DNA from: an uncultured Verrucomicrobiae bacterium
GTDB taxonomy: Bacteria; Verrucomicrobiota; Verrucomicrobiia; Chthoniobacterales; UBA10450
Direction of reading: 5' to 3'
DNA length: 64,000 nucleotides
Assembly (NCBI GenBank): GCA_963726745.1
Contig: CAVSDR010000002.1
Coordinates: forward strand, 288,001-352,000
Made by a program: the position numbers and the translations under genes. Positions 39,318 through 49,437 of this stretch are shown in pieces; within the stretch, counting starts at the first letter, position 1, and every line of letters starts with the position of its first letter. Under the pieces are notes generated by a model. That model ran no database searches. It was not told the DNA's origin and was given only the letters and a program-made list of their open reading frames with translations.

Positions 39318-40394
39318 ATGGCACAAGCAATCTATACCTTGATCCTGGCCGGCGGCAGCGGTGAACGCTTTTGGCCGCTAAGCCGGCGCACGCGTCCGAA
39401 GCAATTGTTGAAGCTGGTTTCGGAGAAAACGCTCCTCGAGGAAACGGTCGCGCGGCTCGAGGGCTTGGTGCCGCAGGAGCGCATCCTCATCCTGACGAAC
39501 ATCGAGCAAGTGACCGCGGTGCGGACGCTCCTGCCCGATTTTCCAGCCGACAACATCGTGGCCGAGCCGGCGAAACGCGACACCGCCGCAGCAGTCGCAT
39601 TGGGCGCGGCCTGGGTGGCAGCGCGCGATCACATGGCGACAATGGTGGTGCTGCCGGCGGATCACGTGATCAAGGACACGGCGGCGTTTCAAGCGACCGT
39701 GCGCACGGCGGCAGCGGCCGCGGAGGAGATGGGCGCGCTCGTGACCATCGGCTTGAAGCCAACCTGGGCCTGCCCTGGCTTTGGCTACATCGAGGCGGGC
39801 GAGCTGGTGAAGCTGCGGACGGCGCCGAAGCAGACTTCGGAAGTCCGACGCGTGGTTCGCTTTCGCGAGAAACCGAACCCGGAGCTCGCCGAGACCTTCA
39901 TTCGCCAGGGCAACTTTCGCTGGAATGCGGGCATGTTCGTCTGGTCGGTGCCGACGGTCTTGAGCGAATTTAACCGACACGCTCCAGAGCTCGCGAGTTT
40001 CATCTCGCAGGCTTCATCGAAGGAGCGCTTCGAGAAAACGCTCGCGGAAAAGTTCGCCGCGCTGCCGAAGATCTCCTTCGATTACGCGATCATGGAACAC
40101 GCCGATCGCGTGCTTGTGGTGGAGGCGGCGTTTGATTGGGACGATGTCGGCGGCTGGCAGGCGGTGGCTTCTTATTTCGAAAAAGACGCGCAAGAGAATG
40201 CGGCCAATTCCGAGATCACCGCAGTCGATTCGACGAACAACATCGTCTTCGACCAGGACGGCACCAAGGTCGCGCTCCTCGGGGTGCACAATCTTATCAT
40301 CGTGCGCACGGGCGACGCGCTTCTGGTTTGCCATCGGCACCAGGCGGAGAAAATCAAGGAGCTGATCGGCCAGTTGCCGCCGCAATTGCAATGA
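39318..40394 (+). CDS. manC: Mannose-1-phosphate guanylyltransferase
   Basis: ILAGGSGERFWPLSR..PKQ, FREKP, WNAGMF, ISFDYAIME, WDDVG. Confidence 0.93.
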   Translation: MAQAIYTLILAGGSGERFWPLSRRTRPKQLLKLVSEKTLLEETVARLEGLVPQERILILTNIEQVTAVRTLLPDFPADNIVAEPAKRDTAAAVALGAAWVAARDHMATMVVLPADHVIKDTAAFQATVRTAAAAAEEMGALVTIGLKPTWACPGFGYIEAGELVKLRTAPKQTSEVRRVVRFREKPNPELAETFIRQGNFRWNAGMFVWSVPTVLSEFNRHAPELASFISQASSKERFEKTLAEKFAALPKISFDYAIMEHADRVLVVEAAFDWDDVGGWQAVASYFEKDAQENAANSEITAVDSTNNIVFDQDGTKVALLGVHNLIIVRTGDALLVCHRHQAEKIKELIGQLPPQLQ

Positions 40395-40843
40395 GTGGCT
40401 TTGCCCTCATGCGTCGGCTGCTCGGCGTGGATTACGGCCAGGCGCGCATCGGCCTGGCGATATCCGACGAGCTCGGAATGCTGGCGCATCCGCTGGAAAC
40501 GATCCCGGCCGCGCGACTGGACGAGGCCGCCAAGCGAATCGCGGAGATCGCGCGCGAGCGGGACATTGGCGGCGTGATCCTTGGGATGCCGCGGCACATG
40601 AACGGCGAATTCGGCTTGAGCGCGGAGGAGGTGAAGAAATTTGCCGACAAGTTGAAGCCGTTGCTCACGTGTGAGGTCACGCTCTGGGACGAACGCCTGA
40701 CCACGACCGCGGCCCATCGCGCCTTGCGCGACGCCGGCCGGAAGACAAAGAACACGCGCGGGATCGTCGACCAGGTCGCGGCGCAGATGATTCTGCAGGG
40801 CTACCTCGATCGCTCGCAGGCGCTCTTACCGCCGCAGGATTGA
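40391..40843 (+). CDS. ruvX: Pre-16S rRNA nuclease / Holliday junction resolvase-like YqgF (alternative start 40409)
   Basis: LGVDYGQARIGLAISD, WDERLTT, VDQVAAQMILQ. Confidence 0.94.
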   Translation: MSGFALMRRLLGVDYGQARIGLAISDELGMLAHPLETIPAARLDEAAKRIAEIARERDIGGVILGMPRHMNGEFGLSAEEVKKFADKLKPLLTCEVTLWDERLTTTAAHRALRDAGRKTKNTRGIVDQVAAQMILQGYLDRSQALLPPQD

Positions 40844-41587
40844 ATGCCGCAGCGGCTCAAGTTCCTCGTCGCTTACGACGGCCGTGATTTCGACGGCTGG
40901 CAAAGCCAGGCCAGCGGGAACGGCATCCAGGATGTGCTCGAGCGCGCCTTCGAGTCGGTCTGCGGCGCGAAGCTCCGCGTGCATGGCGCTGGGCGCACGG
41001 ATGCCGGGGTGCACGCGCTCGCGCAATGCGCCCATGCGGACGTCCCGCAGCGCAAGCTCGCGCCCGAGACCTGGAGTGCGGCGCTCAATGCCTCTCTACC
41101 CCCGGCGATTCGCGTGGGTCGCTGCACCTATGTGAGCGACCGGTTTCACGCGCGCTTCTCGGCGCGGGGGAAGCTCTATCGCTACCGACTTTGGAATGAT
41201 CGCTTCCTCTCACCATTCGAGCAGGGCCGCGCCTGGCACGTGGTGTTGCCGCTAGATTTTGCCCTGCTTGAGCGCGAGGCGCAGCGCTTCGTCGGGCAGC
41301 ACGATTTCGCCAGCTTCGCCGCTAACCGCGGGACGCCGGAGCAGGAAACGACGCGCACGATCGAAGCGGTGACCGTGCGCCAGCGCGGCTGCCTCCTCAC
41401 CGTGGAAGTCGCGGGCGAAGGATTTCTCTACAAGATGGTGCGCTTGATGGTCGGCGCGCTCGTGCGCTGCGCCACAGGCCGCGGACCGGAGGAGGAAATC
41501 GAGGAACGGCTGCGAAAAGCCGAGATCAAGGGAGCACGCCCAGCGGCTCCGGCTCAAGGCCTTTATCTCGTGCGCGTTCGCTACTGA
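40844..41587 (+). CDS. truA: tRNA pseudouridine(38-40) synthase
   Basis: YDG..GWQ, GAGRTDAGVHA, FHARFSA, FLYKMVR. Confidence 0.96.
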   Translation: MPQRLKFLVAYDGRDFDGWQSQASGNGIQDVLERAFESVCGAKLRVHGAGRTDAGVHALAQCAHADVPQRKLAPETWSAALNASLPPAIRVGRCTYVSDRFHARFSARGKLYRYRLWNDRFLSPFEQGRAWHVVLPLDFALLEREAQRFVGQHDFASFAANRGTPEQETTRTIEAVTVRQRGCLLTVEVAGEGFLYKMVRLMVGALVRCATGRGPEEEIEERLRKAEIKGARPAAPAQGLYLVRVRY

Positions 41588-41650
41588 AACGAGGGCTGCT
41601 TTCCGAGGAAGTGTTTCCGTTGGCAGAAGACCTGCTTTCTGGAAATTCGA

Positions 41651-44600
41651 ATGATTCCTCAGGATGAGAGCGCGGGGGAGACGCATCTCCAAGACAAGAA
41701 ACAGCCCTTCCGGCAGCGCTGGACGCGCCGCTTGTTTAGCCAGCGGCATTTCCACTTTAAGCTGCTTTCGGGGACTGCTGCAGGCATCTGCGCGATTCTT
41801 TTTTTCGCGGCGATCTTCGGGCTCACGACTTATCGGGGTTACCGCCAGGAAGCGCTCCGGGCGCACACGATCGAGGTCATGCGCCTCAGCAGCGTGATCC
41901 TGAACGACCTCGCCGTGCTCGAGACGGAGCATCGCAATTTCATCCTGACCAAACAGCCGGTTCACCTGGCGCGTTTCGAGGAGCGTCGGGTCAATCTCAA
42001 AGGCCGCGTGGAGGATCTGGTCGAGTTAATCAACAGCGACCTCACCCAGCGCAAGCGCGTGGTCAAAATGCAGGATATTGCGCTTCGCTGGGTTAACCAG
42101 CACGCGCTCCCGATGATCGCCGCTGCCCAGGGAAACGCAGCCCTGCAGTCCGGTCCGGTGGCGGAAAAGGCGCTCGGGAAGCCGCTGCTCGATGAGGCGC
42201 GCGAACTCCTGCAGAAGCTGCAGAACGAGGAGCAGATCATCCTAAACGAGCGCATGCACGACCAGGAATGGGCCACGCAATCGACCCAGATTCTCGAGGC
42301 CTTGCCGAAGCTGGAACGCTCCGTGGTGGAGATGGAGCGCGAGAAGCAGGGATACCTCCTTACCGGCGATTTCAGTTTTGTGGAAGGCTACAAACGGGCC
42401 GCCAACGCTTTCACGAACTATCACGGCTACCTCTCGATTCTCGTCGCCAACAGTCCTCCGCAGACCGCGTCCTTGAATGTCATTCGCGCCGCGGTGGAGC
42501 GTTGGGGCAATACCGCGGCCGTTCCTGCGATTGAGGCCAAGCGCAACGGGCTCGATCCCGCCGCCGTGGAGCAAGCCGCTGGCGGCGAAGCGCTGATGAA
42601 TCTGATCCGGGAGCAGCTGACCCGCTTCGAACAGGAACAGCTCGACCTCTACGAAGTGCACACCCTGGCCGCCGCCCGCCAGCGTGTGATTAAGATCGCT
42701 GCGCTCGGTCTCCTCTGTTTCCTCGCCGTCACCCTGCTCCTGGCCTCAAACAGCTACAGCTGGGTCCTGGTCAAGCACCAGCTGAGCAAACTCGCGAACG
42801 CCGAGACACGGATCAATTCCATCATCCAAAACATTCTCGATGGCATGATCACGGTCGACGAAGACGGCGTGATCCGTTCGATGAATCCCGCGGCCGAAAA
42901 GATGTTCGACTGCATCAACAACGAGATGATCGGGCGGAACTTCACCAAGCTCGTCCCACGCACCTTCCTCGGCGGCATGGAGAGCGAGGCCAAGCAGTGC
43001 GCCTGGAGCGACCTGGCCCGCCGCACCGGCGGCACCATGATGGCGCTCGGCCGCACCCGTCGTAACGCCACCTTCTCGATCGAGATTTCCCTCAGCGAAA
43101 TGATCGTCGACGGCAAGCTGCTTTTCGTGGCCATGATCCGCGACGTGACCGAGCGGAAACACTTCGAGCAAGAGATCGCCTCGGAGAAAGAAAGCCTCGC
43201 GGTCACCCTCGCCTCGATCGGCGACGGCGTAATCACGATCGATGCCGCGGGCAAGATCATCATGATCAACAAGGCTGGCGAAGGCCTGACTGGCTGGGAG
43301 TCGAGGGACGCCATCGGCCAGCCGTTGAAGACCGTATTTCACGTCGCCAGCGATTTGAAAGTGCAGGCTAAAGTCCAGCGCACCGGCTATCGGAATGAGG
43401 CCCAGGCGATCCTTCTCAACACCCCGGAGAACGCCACCCTCGTCTCGCGCGACGGCACCGAGCGTCTGGTCGAGCAGGTCGCCTCCCCCATTCGCGATAA
43501 CAAGAACGAAGTCTCCGGCGTGGTCCTCGTCTTCCGCGACATCACCGAGCGCCAGCGGATGGAAGCCGAGCAGCGCAAAGCCGACACGCTCGAACAACTC
43601 GGCCTGCTCGCCGGCGGCATCGCGCACGACTTCAACAATCTTCTCACCGCGATCATCGGCAACATCTCCCTCGCCTCCCTGCTCCTGCCGCCGAACGACG
43701 AGATGGGCACGCGCCTGAACGACGCCAAGAACGCCTCGCTGCGGGCGCGCGATCTCGCCCAGCAGCTCCTCACCTTCGCCCGCGGCGGCGCGCCGATTAA
43801 GAAAACCGCCAGCATCGCCAAGCTGATCCAGGACACCGTCAGCTTCTCCCTCCGCGGCACGCATAGCCGCAGCGAATTCAACTTCGGCGAGGAACTCTGG
43901 CCGGCCGAGATCGATTCCGGGCAGATCAGCCAGGTCATCGGCAACCTCGTGGTCAACGCCGACCAGGCGATGCCGAATGGCGGCACCCTGCGCATCTCCT
44001 GCGAGAATTTTGTCTACGACCTCGAGACCGTCCCGCACGTGCCCGATCTCCTCCCGGGCGATTACATCCGCGTCTCCATCCGCGATGAAGGGGTCGGCAT
44101 TCCCGAAGGACACCTCAAGCGCATCTTCGATCCCTACTTCACCACGAAAGCGAAGGGCAACGGCCTCGGCCTGGCCACCACCTACTCGATCATGAAGAAC
44201 CACAACGGCCTCATCACCGTGGAGTCCGCGGTGCACTTCGGGTCGACCTTTGTCCTCTACCTCCCGGCGCTGCGCCACGAGGTCCTGCCGATGGATCCCA
44301 CAATCAGCAGCAGCCCGGTGCTCAGCGGGAATGGCCGCGTGCTCGTGGTCGACGACGAGGAAGCGATCCGCGCGCTCGTGGAATTTACCCTCAGCCGCGT
44401 CGGCTACGAAGTCACCGAAGCGGAAACGGCCGAGCAAGGCGTGGAGCTTTATCGCGGGAAACTCGAATGCGGCGAACGCTTCGACGCGGTCATCCTCGAC
44501 CTTACCCTTCCTGGCGGCATGGGTGGCAAGGAAGCGCTCAAGCGCTTGATTGAGATCGATCCGACGGTGAACGCCATCGTCTCCAGCGGCTACGCGATGG

Positions 44601-44764
44601 ATTCCACCATGGCGCGCTACCAGGACTTTGGTTTCCGGGGCGTCATCGCCAAGCCTTACGAAGCCTCCGAGCTCGCGCGCACGGTCCACGAAGTGATTCA
44701 GTCCAGCCGGGTAAACCTGACGGAAGACTTCGACGGCGGGCGCCTCGCAACTCGCGTGGCCTAG
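41651..44764 (+). CDS. Hybrid sensor histidine kinase (2x CHASE3, 2x PAS, HisKA, HATPase, REC)
   Basis: GGIAHDFNNLL, DPYFTTK..GNGLGL, VLVVDDEE, ILDLTLPG, KPY. Confidence 0.93.
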   Translation: MIPQDESAGETHLQDKKQPFRQRWTRRLFSQRHFHFKLLSGTAAGICAILFFAAIFGLTTYRGYRQEALRAHTIEVMRLSSVILNDLAVLETEHRNFILTKQPVHLARFEERRVNLKGRVEDLVELINSDLTQRKRVVKMQDIALRWVNQHALPMIAAAQGNAALQSGPVAEKALGKPLLDEARELLQKLQNEEQIILNERMHDQEWATQSTQILEALPKLERSVVEMEREKQGYLLTGDFSFVEGYKRAANAFTNYHGYLSILVANSPPQTASLNVIRAAVERWGNTAAVPAIEAKRNGLDPAAVEQAAGGEALMNLIREQLTRFEQEQLDLYEVHTLAAARQRVIKIAALGLLCFLAVTLLLASNSYSWVLVKHQLSKLANAETRINSIIQNILDGMITVDEDGVIRSMNPAAEKMFDCINNEMIGRNFTKLVPRTFLGGMESEAKQCAWSDLARRTGGTMMALGRTRRNATFSIEISLSEMIVDGKLLFVAMIRDVTERKHFEQEIASEKESLAVTLASIGDGVITIDAAGKIIMINKAGEGLTGWESRDAIGQPLKTVFHVASDLKVQAKVQRTGYRNEAQAILLNTPENATLVSRDGTERLVEQVASPIRDNKNEVSGVVLVFRDITERQRMEAEQRKADTLEQLGLLAGGIAHDFNNLLTAIIGNISLASLLLPPNDEMGTRLNDAKNASLRARDLAQQLLTFARGGAPIKKTASIAKLIQDTVSFSLRGTHSRSEFNFGEELWPAEIDSGQISQVIGNLVVNADQAMPNGGTLRISCENFVYDLETVPHVPDLLPGDYIRVSIRDEGVGIPEGHLKRIFDPYFTTKAKGNGLGLATTYSIMKNHNGLITVESAVHFGSTFVLYLPALRHEVLPMDPTISSSPVLSGNGRVLVVDDEEAIRALVEFTLSRVGYEVTEAETAEQGVELYRGKLECGERFDAVILDLTLPGGMGGKEALKRLIEIDPTVNAIVSSGYAMDSTMARYQDFGFRGVIAKPYEASELARTVHEVIQSSRVNLTEDFDGGRLATRVA

Positions 44765-44779
44765 TCAATCGCGGCCGGT

Positions 44780-46661
44780 TTAGCCAGCGAGTTCACTCGC
44801 GCGTAGACGCGGGAGCAGTTGCTCAAGAATCGCGGCCACCGAGGCTTCGACTGTGAGTTGGTCTGTCCGGACGTTAATCTCCGCATCTTCCGGCGCCTCG
44901 TAGGGCGCGTCGATCCCGGTAAAGTCGCGGATCTCCCCTGCTCTCGCCTTTTTGTAGAGCTGCTTCGGGTCGCGCTCCTCGCAGACCGCGAGCGGCGCGT
45001 CGACGAAGACTTCGATAAACTCCGCCTTTGCTTCCAAGGCGACGGCGCGCGCGCGTTGCCGGTCGATCCGATACGGCGAGATGAATGCGGTGATCGCGAC
45101 CGTGCCGGCATCAGCCAGCAACTTGGCCACCTCGCTCACGCGCCGAATGTTTTCCACGCGGTCCTCCGGCGAGAAGCCGAGATTGGCGTTCAGCCCATGG
45201 CGGATGTTGTCGCCATCGAGCACGTAGGTATGCATTCCGCGGCTGAAAAGTTCCACTTCGAGAGCGCGCGCGATCGTGGACTTGCCGGCGCCGGACAATC
45301 CAGTCAACCAGACGACCGCGCCGCGATGCCCGTTTTGTTTCGCGCGCGCCTGCGCGGTCACCTTGCCTTCGCTCCAGAAAATGTTCTGGCTCTTCACCGC
45401 CTGCCGCGGCGTGTAGGTCCCGCCCACGACGATGCCGCCGCCGGCAATCCGGCCATCGGCCACGAGGACAAAGCGGCCCAGCGTGGGCACGCGGTCGTGA
45501 TTATCCATCACCAGGGGCGCGCGCGTTTGCAGGATCACCCGGCCGACTTCGTTGCGCGCGACTACTTCCGCTTCGCCCTCCGAGAGCGCGAGGGTGGAGG
45601 AATTCATCACCTGCTCGATCGCCGAGACCTGGCATTTCACCTCCTGGGTCGCGAGGCGCAGGGTGTATTGCGTCTCCTTACGCAGGGGCGTCTCCGCAAT
45701 CCAGAAAATCTCTGCGTGAAAGCGGTTCGCCTCGATCGGCGAGCGCGTCCTGGTGCGCCCCCACGTAACCGCGCTCGAGGAAGATCTGCTCGTCGAGCGT
45801 CAGGCCGATGGCGTCGCCCGCGATCGCCTCGTTAGGCAGCACTTTGGCGTTCCAGCTTTCGATCGTGGCCACGCGCGCGGACTTGTTGGCCGGCGCGAAA
45901 ACCAGCTCGTCCCCCACCCGCACCGTCCCGCTCTCGATCCGGCCGGCAATGATGCGGCGCTCGTCGAATCGGTAGACATCCTGCACGCAAAAACGCAGCG
46001 GCTGCTCCACCGGTGCGCTCGCTATTTCCAATTCATCGAGCGCCGCCAGGAGCGTGGGGCCGGCATACCAGCCTAACGACTCTCCGCGCCGGGCGACGTT
46101 CTCCCCCGCGCGCGCCGAGGCCGGAATAAAGCGATGCGCGGAGATCTGCAGCGACGCGAGAAACTCGCGGTATTCCGCCTCGATCGTCCCGAAGGCTTCC
46201 GCGGAATAGCCGACGAGATCCATCTTGTTCACCACCACCAGCACCTGGCGAATCCCCAGCAAGCTCAAGAGGTAAGCATGCCGCCGGCTTTGTTCGCGGA
46301 TGCCTTCATTGGCCGCGATCACCAGCACGGCGGCATCCGCGCTGGCCGCGCCGGTGATCATGTTCTTGAGAAACTCGCGATGCCCCGGCGCATCGATGAT
46401 CACGTAATTCCGCGCCGCAGTGCGGAATGGAATCTGGGTGGTGTCGATGGTGATGTTCTGCGCCTGCTCCTCCAGCAGCGCATCAAGCAGGAAGGCATAC
46501 TCGAACTCCATCCCCTCGGCTGCGCAGGCCTGCCGGATGGAAGCCACCTTGCCCTCTGGCAACGAGTCGGTGTCGTGGAGAATCCGCCCGATGAGCGTCG
46601 ACTTTCCGTGATCGACGTGGCCGACGAAGACAACCTTGAGACGCGCGGCGGTGTTGCTCAC
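44780..46661 (-). CDS. cysNC: Bifunctional sulfate adenylyltransferase subunit 1 / APS kinase, frameshift near 45750
   Basis: GHVDHGKST, DAPGH, NKMD; WLTGLSGAGKST, LDGDNIR, FTGIDAPYE. Confidence 0.93.
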
Positions 46662-47473
46662 ATGAACCCTTTCGCGCGCAGCTTTTGCATCGCATTCCGC
46701 TCGTAGTGATCCTGCGCGCGCCCGGCGCGTTCGCTCGTCTTCGTGGCATCGAGCTCGGCGATGATTTCCTCGATCGTGCTCGCGTGGCTTTCGATCGGCT
46801 TCGTGATCGGCCAGCAGCCTAACGAGCGGTAACGCTTCCCATCGCGCGCGAAATACATCTGCGGGATGGGAATTTTCTCCCGCTGGATGTAGCGCCAGAT
46901 GTCCGCCTCGGTCCAATCAAGCAACGGCTGCACGCGCACGTGCTCGCCGGGTGCGGGGCTGGAAGTGAACTGGCCCCAGAACTCCGGCGGTTGATCCTTG
47001 TAGGACCATTCGCTCTGCGCGTTGCGCGGCGAGAAGTAACGCTCCTTCGCGCGGGTGGAATCCTCGTCGCGGCGAATGCCGGTGATAAGCGCGTCCCACT
47101 GGTGCTCCGCAAGCGCCTGCTGGAGCGCGAGCGACTTGAGCTCGTGGGTGACCGTGACCGGATCGTGCGTCTCGTAGCCGACGCCGCGCGCGCGCGCCTC
47201 TTCGTTGATCTTCACGATCAGGTTGAGCTTGTAATGCTCGACCGCCCAGGTGCGGAACTCGAGCATCTCGGGAAACTCGTAGGTCGTGTCGATGTGCAGC
47301 ACCGGATACGGGATCTTTCCGAAGAACGCCTTGAGCGAGAGCCAGATCAGGACATTTGAGTCTTTCCCCATCGACCAGGGCATGGCCAGGTTCCGGAAAG
47401 CGTGGAAAGCCTCACGCAGGATGAAGAGGCTCTGGTTCTCGAGTTGGTCGAGATGGGTGCGGGGCGTTTCCAT
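46658..47473 (-). CDS. cysD: Sulfate adenylyltransferase subunit 2
   Basis: [26 protein letters not shown]. Confidence 0.94.
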   Translation of the reverse strand: METPRTHLDQLENQSLFILREAFHAFRNLAMPWSMGKDSNVLIWLSLKAFFGKIPYPVLHIDTTYEFPEMLEFRTWAVEHYKLNLIVKINEEARARGVGYETHDPVTVTHELKSLALQQALAEHQWDALITGIRRDEDSTRAKERYFSPRNAQSEWSYKDQPPEFWGQFTSSPAPGEHVRVQPLLDWTEADIWRYIQREKIPIPQMYFARDGKRYRSLGCWPITKPIESHASTIEEIIAELDATKTSERAGRAQDHYERNAMQKLRAKGFM

Positions 47474-47538
47474 CGAAAAAGCGGCTCTTTGCTAAAGCTG
47501 GGAGCTTGCAGAGAAGCAAGCGAACTTTACACTGCCGC

Positions 47539-48075
47539 ATGCTCGAGCACCGCCCCGTGGCCTACGATTCCAAGATCGAAGGCAACGTCATTTTCACGCG
47601 CGTCGATGCGGCCATGAACTGGATGCGCAAGAATTCGCTTTGGCCGATGCCAATGGGCCTGGCCTGCTGCGCGATCGAGCTCATGGCCGCCGCGGCCTCG
47701 CGCTTCGACATCTCCCGGTTCGGCTCGGAAGTGATGCGGTTTTCGCCGCGGCAATGCGATGTCATGATCGTCGCCGGGACAGTCACCTACAAGATGGCGC
47801 TGGCGGTGAAGCGGATTTACGAGCAAATGCCGGAGCCGAAATGGGTCATCGCCATGGGCGCCTGCGCCTCGACCGGCGGGATGTATCGCTCTTACGCGGT
47901 CCTCCAGGGAATCGACCAGCTTCTTCCGGTGGACGTCTACATTTCCGGCTGCCCGCCGCGGCCCGAGGCGCTGCTCGAGGGCCTGATGAAGTTGCAGGAT
48001 AAAATCGCAGGCGAGCAATCGTTCGTCGCGCAAAAGCGCGAGCTGCTCAAGGAATACGACCACGTCTTCGCATGA
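47539..48075 (+). CDS. nuoB: NADH-quinone oxidoreductase subunit B
   Basis: [26 protein letters not shown]. Confidence 0.95.
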   Translation: MLEHRPVAYDSKIEGNVIFTRVDAAMNWMRKNSLWPMPMGLACCAIELMAAAASRFDISRFGSEVMRFSPRQCDVMIVAGTVTYKMALAVKRIYEQMPEPKWVIAMGACASTGGMYRSYAVLQGIDQLLPVDVYISGCPPRPEALLEGLMKLQDKIAGEQSFVAQKRELLKEYDHVFA

Positions 48076-48650
48076 CCGGCGCCGACCTCCTCGCCTCGTT
48101 AGGCAAACTTTTCGGTGATCGGATCCTCGCGAAGACCGAGTTCCGCGGCGAGACCAGTTTCCTGATTGCGCGTGAGCACCTGCGCGAGGTCGCGCGTTTT
48201 TGCCGGGACGATCTTTCTTTCGATTACCTGATCGATATCTCCAGCGTGGACCACGCCGGGATCGATCCGCGCTTCGAGGTGGTTTACGAGCTTTACTCGC
48301 TCACGCTCGCGATCCATCTGCGGATCAAGGTGACCGCACCGGAGGACGATCCGACGGTCGACACCGTCTCCGACATCTGGCCGACGGCGGATTGGCACGA
48401 GCGGGAGATTTACGACATGATGGGGCTGCGGTTTAACAACCACCCTGATCTCCGCCGCATTCTGATGTGGGATGGGTATCCCTACTTCCCGCTGCGGAAA
48501 GAATTTCCGCTTCAAGGCCTGCCGAGCGACATGCCCGATGTCGCTTTCACTTCGGCCGCGCCTTTGGAAGGCGGGCCGTTTGTCACCCGGCCAACGACCG
48601 CGACGACGAAAGATCGTGAGCCGCGCGCCCGCGGTCCGCTTAACGAGTAG
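48072..48650 (+). CDS. nuoC: NADH-quinone oxidoreductase subunit C
   Basis: [34 protein letters not shown]. Confidence 0.94.
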   Translation: MTGADLLASLGKLFGDRILAKTEFRGETSFLIAREHLREVARFCRDDLSFDYLIDISSVDHAGIDPRFEVVYELYSLTLAIHLRIKVTAPEDDPTVDTVSDIWPTADWHEREIYDMMGLRFNNHPDLRRILMWDGYPYFPLRKEFPLQGLPSDMPDVAFTSAAPLEGGPFVTRPTTATTKDREPRARGPLNE

Positions 48651-49431
48651 CGCCTGCGCCGATCGCAGTGGCCGCTTCCAAAAGGCGCGCAAAATCTTGC
48701 GCCGCGGCGCGTCCCACTTCGAGCACATCGGCGTGTGAGAGCTTCTCGTGCCCCATGCCCGCGGCCCAGTTGGTGAGACAGGAAAACCCGGCCACTTCCA
48801 AGCCGAGCGCGCGCGCCTGAATGGTCTCGAGCACAGTCGACATGCCGACCGCATCCGCGCCCAGGAGCCGAAGCATGCGGATCTCCGCCGGCGTCTCGTA
48901 TTGCGGGCCGCAAACCCCGGCGTAAACGCCTTCCGGCAAATGGAGGCCGAGCTGCTGCGCAGCGGCGAGGAATTGCCGGCGCCAGCCTAACGAATAGGCC
49001 TCGGTGAGATCGACGAACTCGGCCGCGCCGGCAAGCGGGCTGCAGCCGGTGAGATTTAAGTGATCGCTCAGCATCATCCAGCTCCCGGGCGGAAACTTTG
49101 GGTTCACCGTCCCCGCGGCGTTCGTGAGAATGACTCGCCGCACGCCGGCCTGCGCGAGCAGGCGAATCCCCGCGGTGACCGCCTGCGCGGAGTAGCCCTC
49201 GTAAAGATGCGCCCGGCCTTGCGCGAAGATCAGCGGCCGCCCGCCAATTTCCCCGCGCACAAAAGAGCCGGCATGACCGGGAACGCGCGAGACCGGGAGC
49301 TCGGGGAAGTCGCCGAAAGGCAAACGCGCACTCGCGTGAGCTTCGGCCACGAGCGCGTTCAAGCCCGAGCCGAGGACGACCGCGGTGTCCGCTTCCCACT
49401 CACGCAGGCGTTGCCAAGCGGGCGAGTTCAC
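48640..49431 (-). CDS. Purine-nucleoside phosphorylase
   Basis: VLGSGL, GRAHLYEG, TNAAG, GPQYETPAE, GMST. Confidence 0.93.
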   Translation of the reverse strand: MNSPAWQRLREWEADTAVVLGSGLNALVAEAHASARLPFGDFPELPVSRVPGHAGSFVRGEIGGRPLIFAQGRAHLYEGYSAQAVTAGIRLLAQAGVRRVILTNAAGTVNPKFPPGSWMMLSDHLNLTGCSPLAGAAEFVDLTEAYSLGWRRQFLAAAQQLGLHLPEGVYAGVCGPQYETPAEIRMLRLLGADAVGMSTVLETIQARALGLEVAGFSCLTNWAAGMGHEKLSHADVLEVGRAAAQDFARLLEAATAIGAGATR

Positions 49432-49437
49432 GCGCGT

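Noticed and set aside
42746..44689. Long antisense ORFs (also 18257-19291, 49684-51141 and 61069-63744)
   Set aside because: These are shadow frames of real genes in high-GC DNA, with no recognisable motifs.
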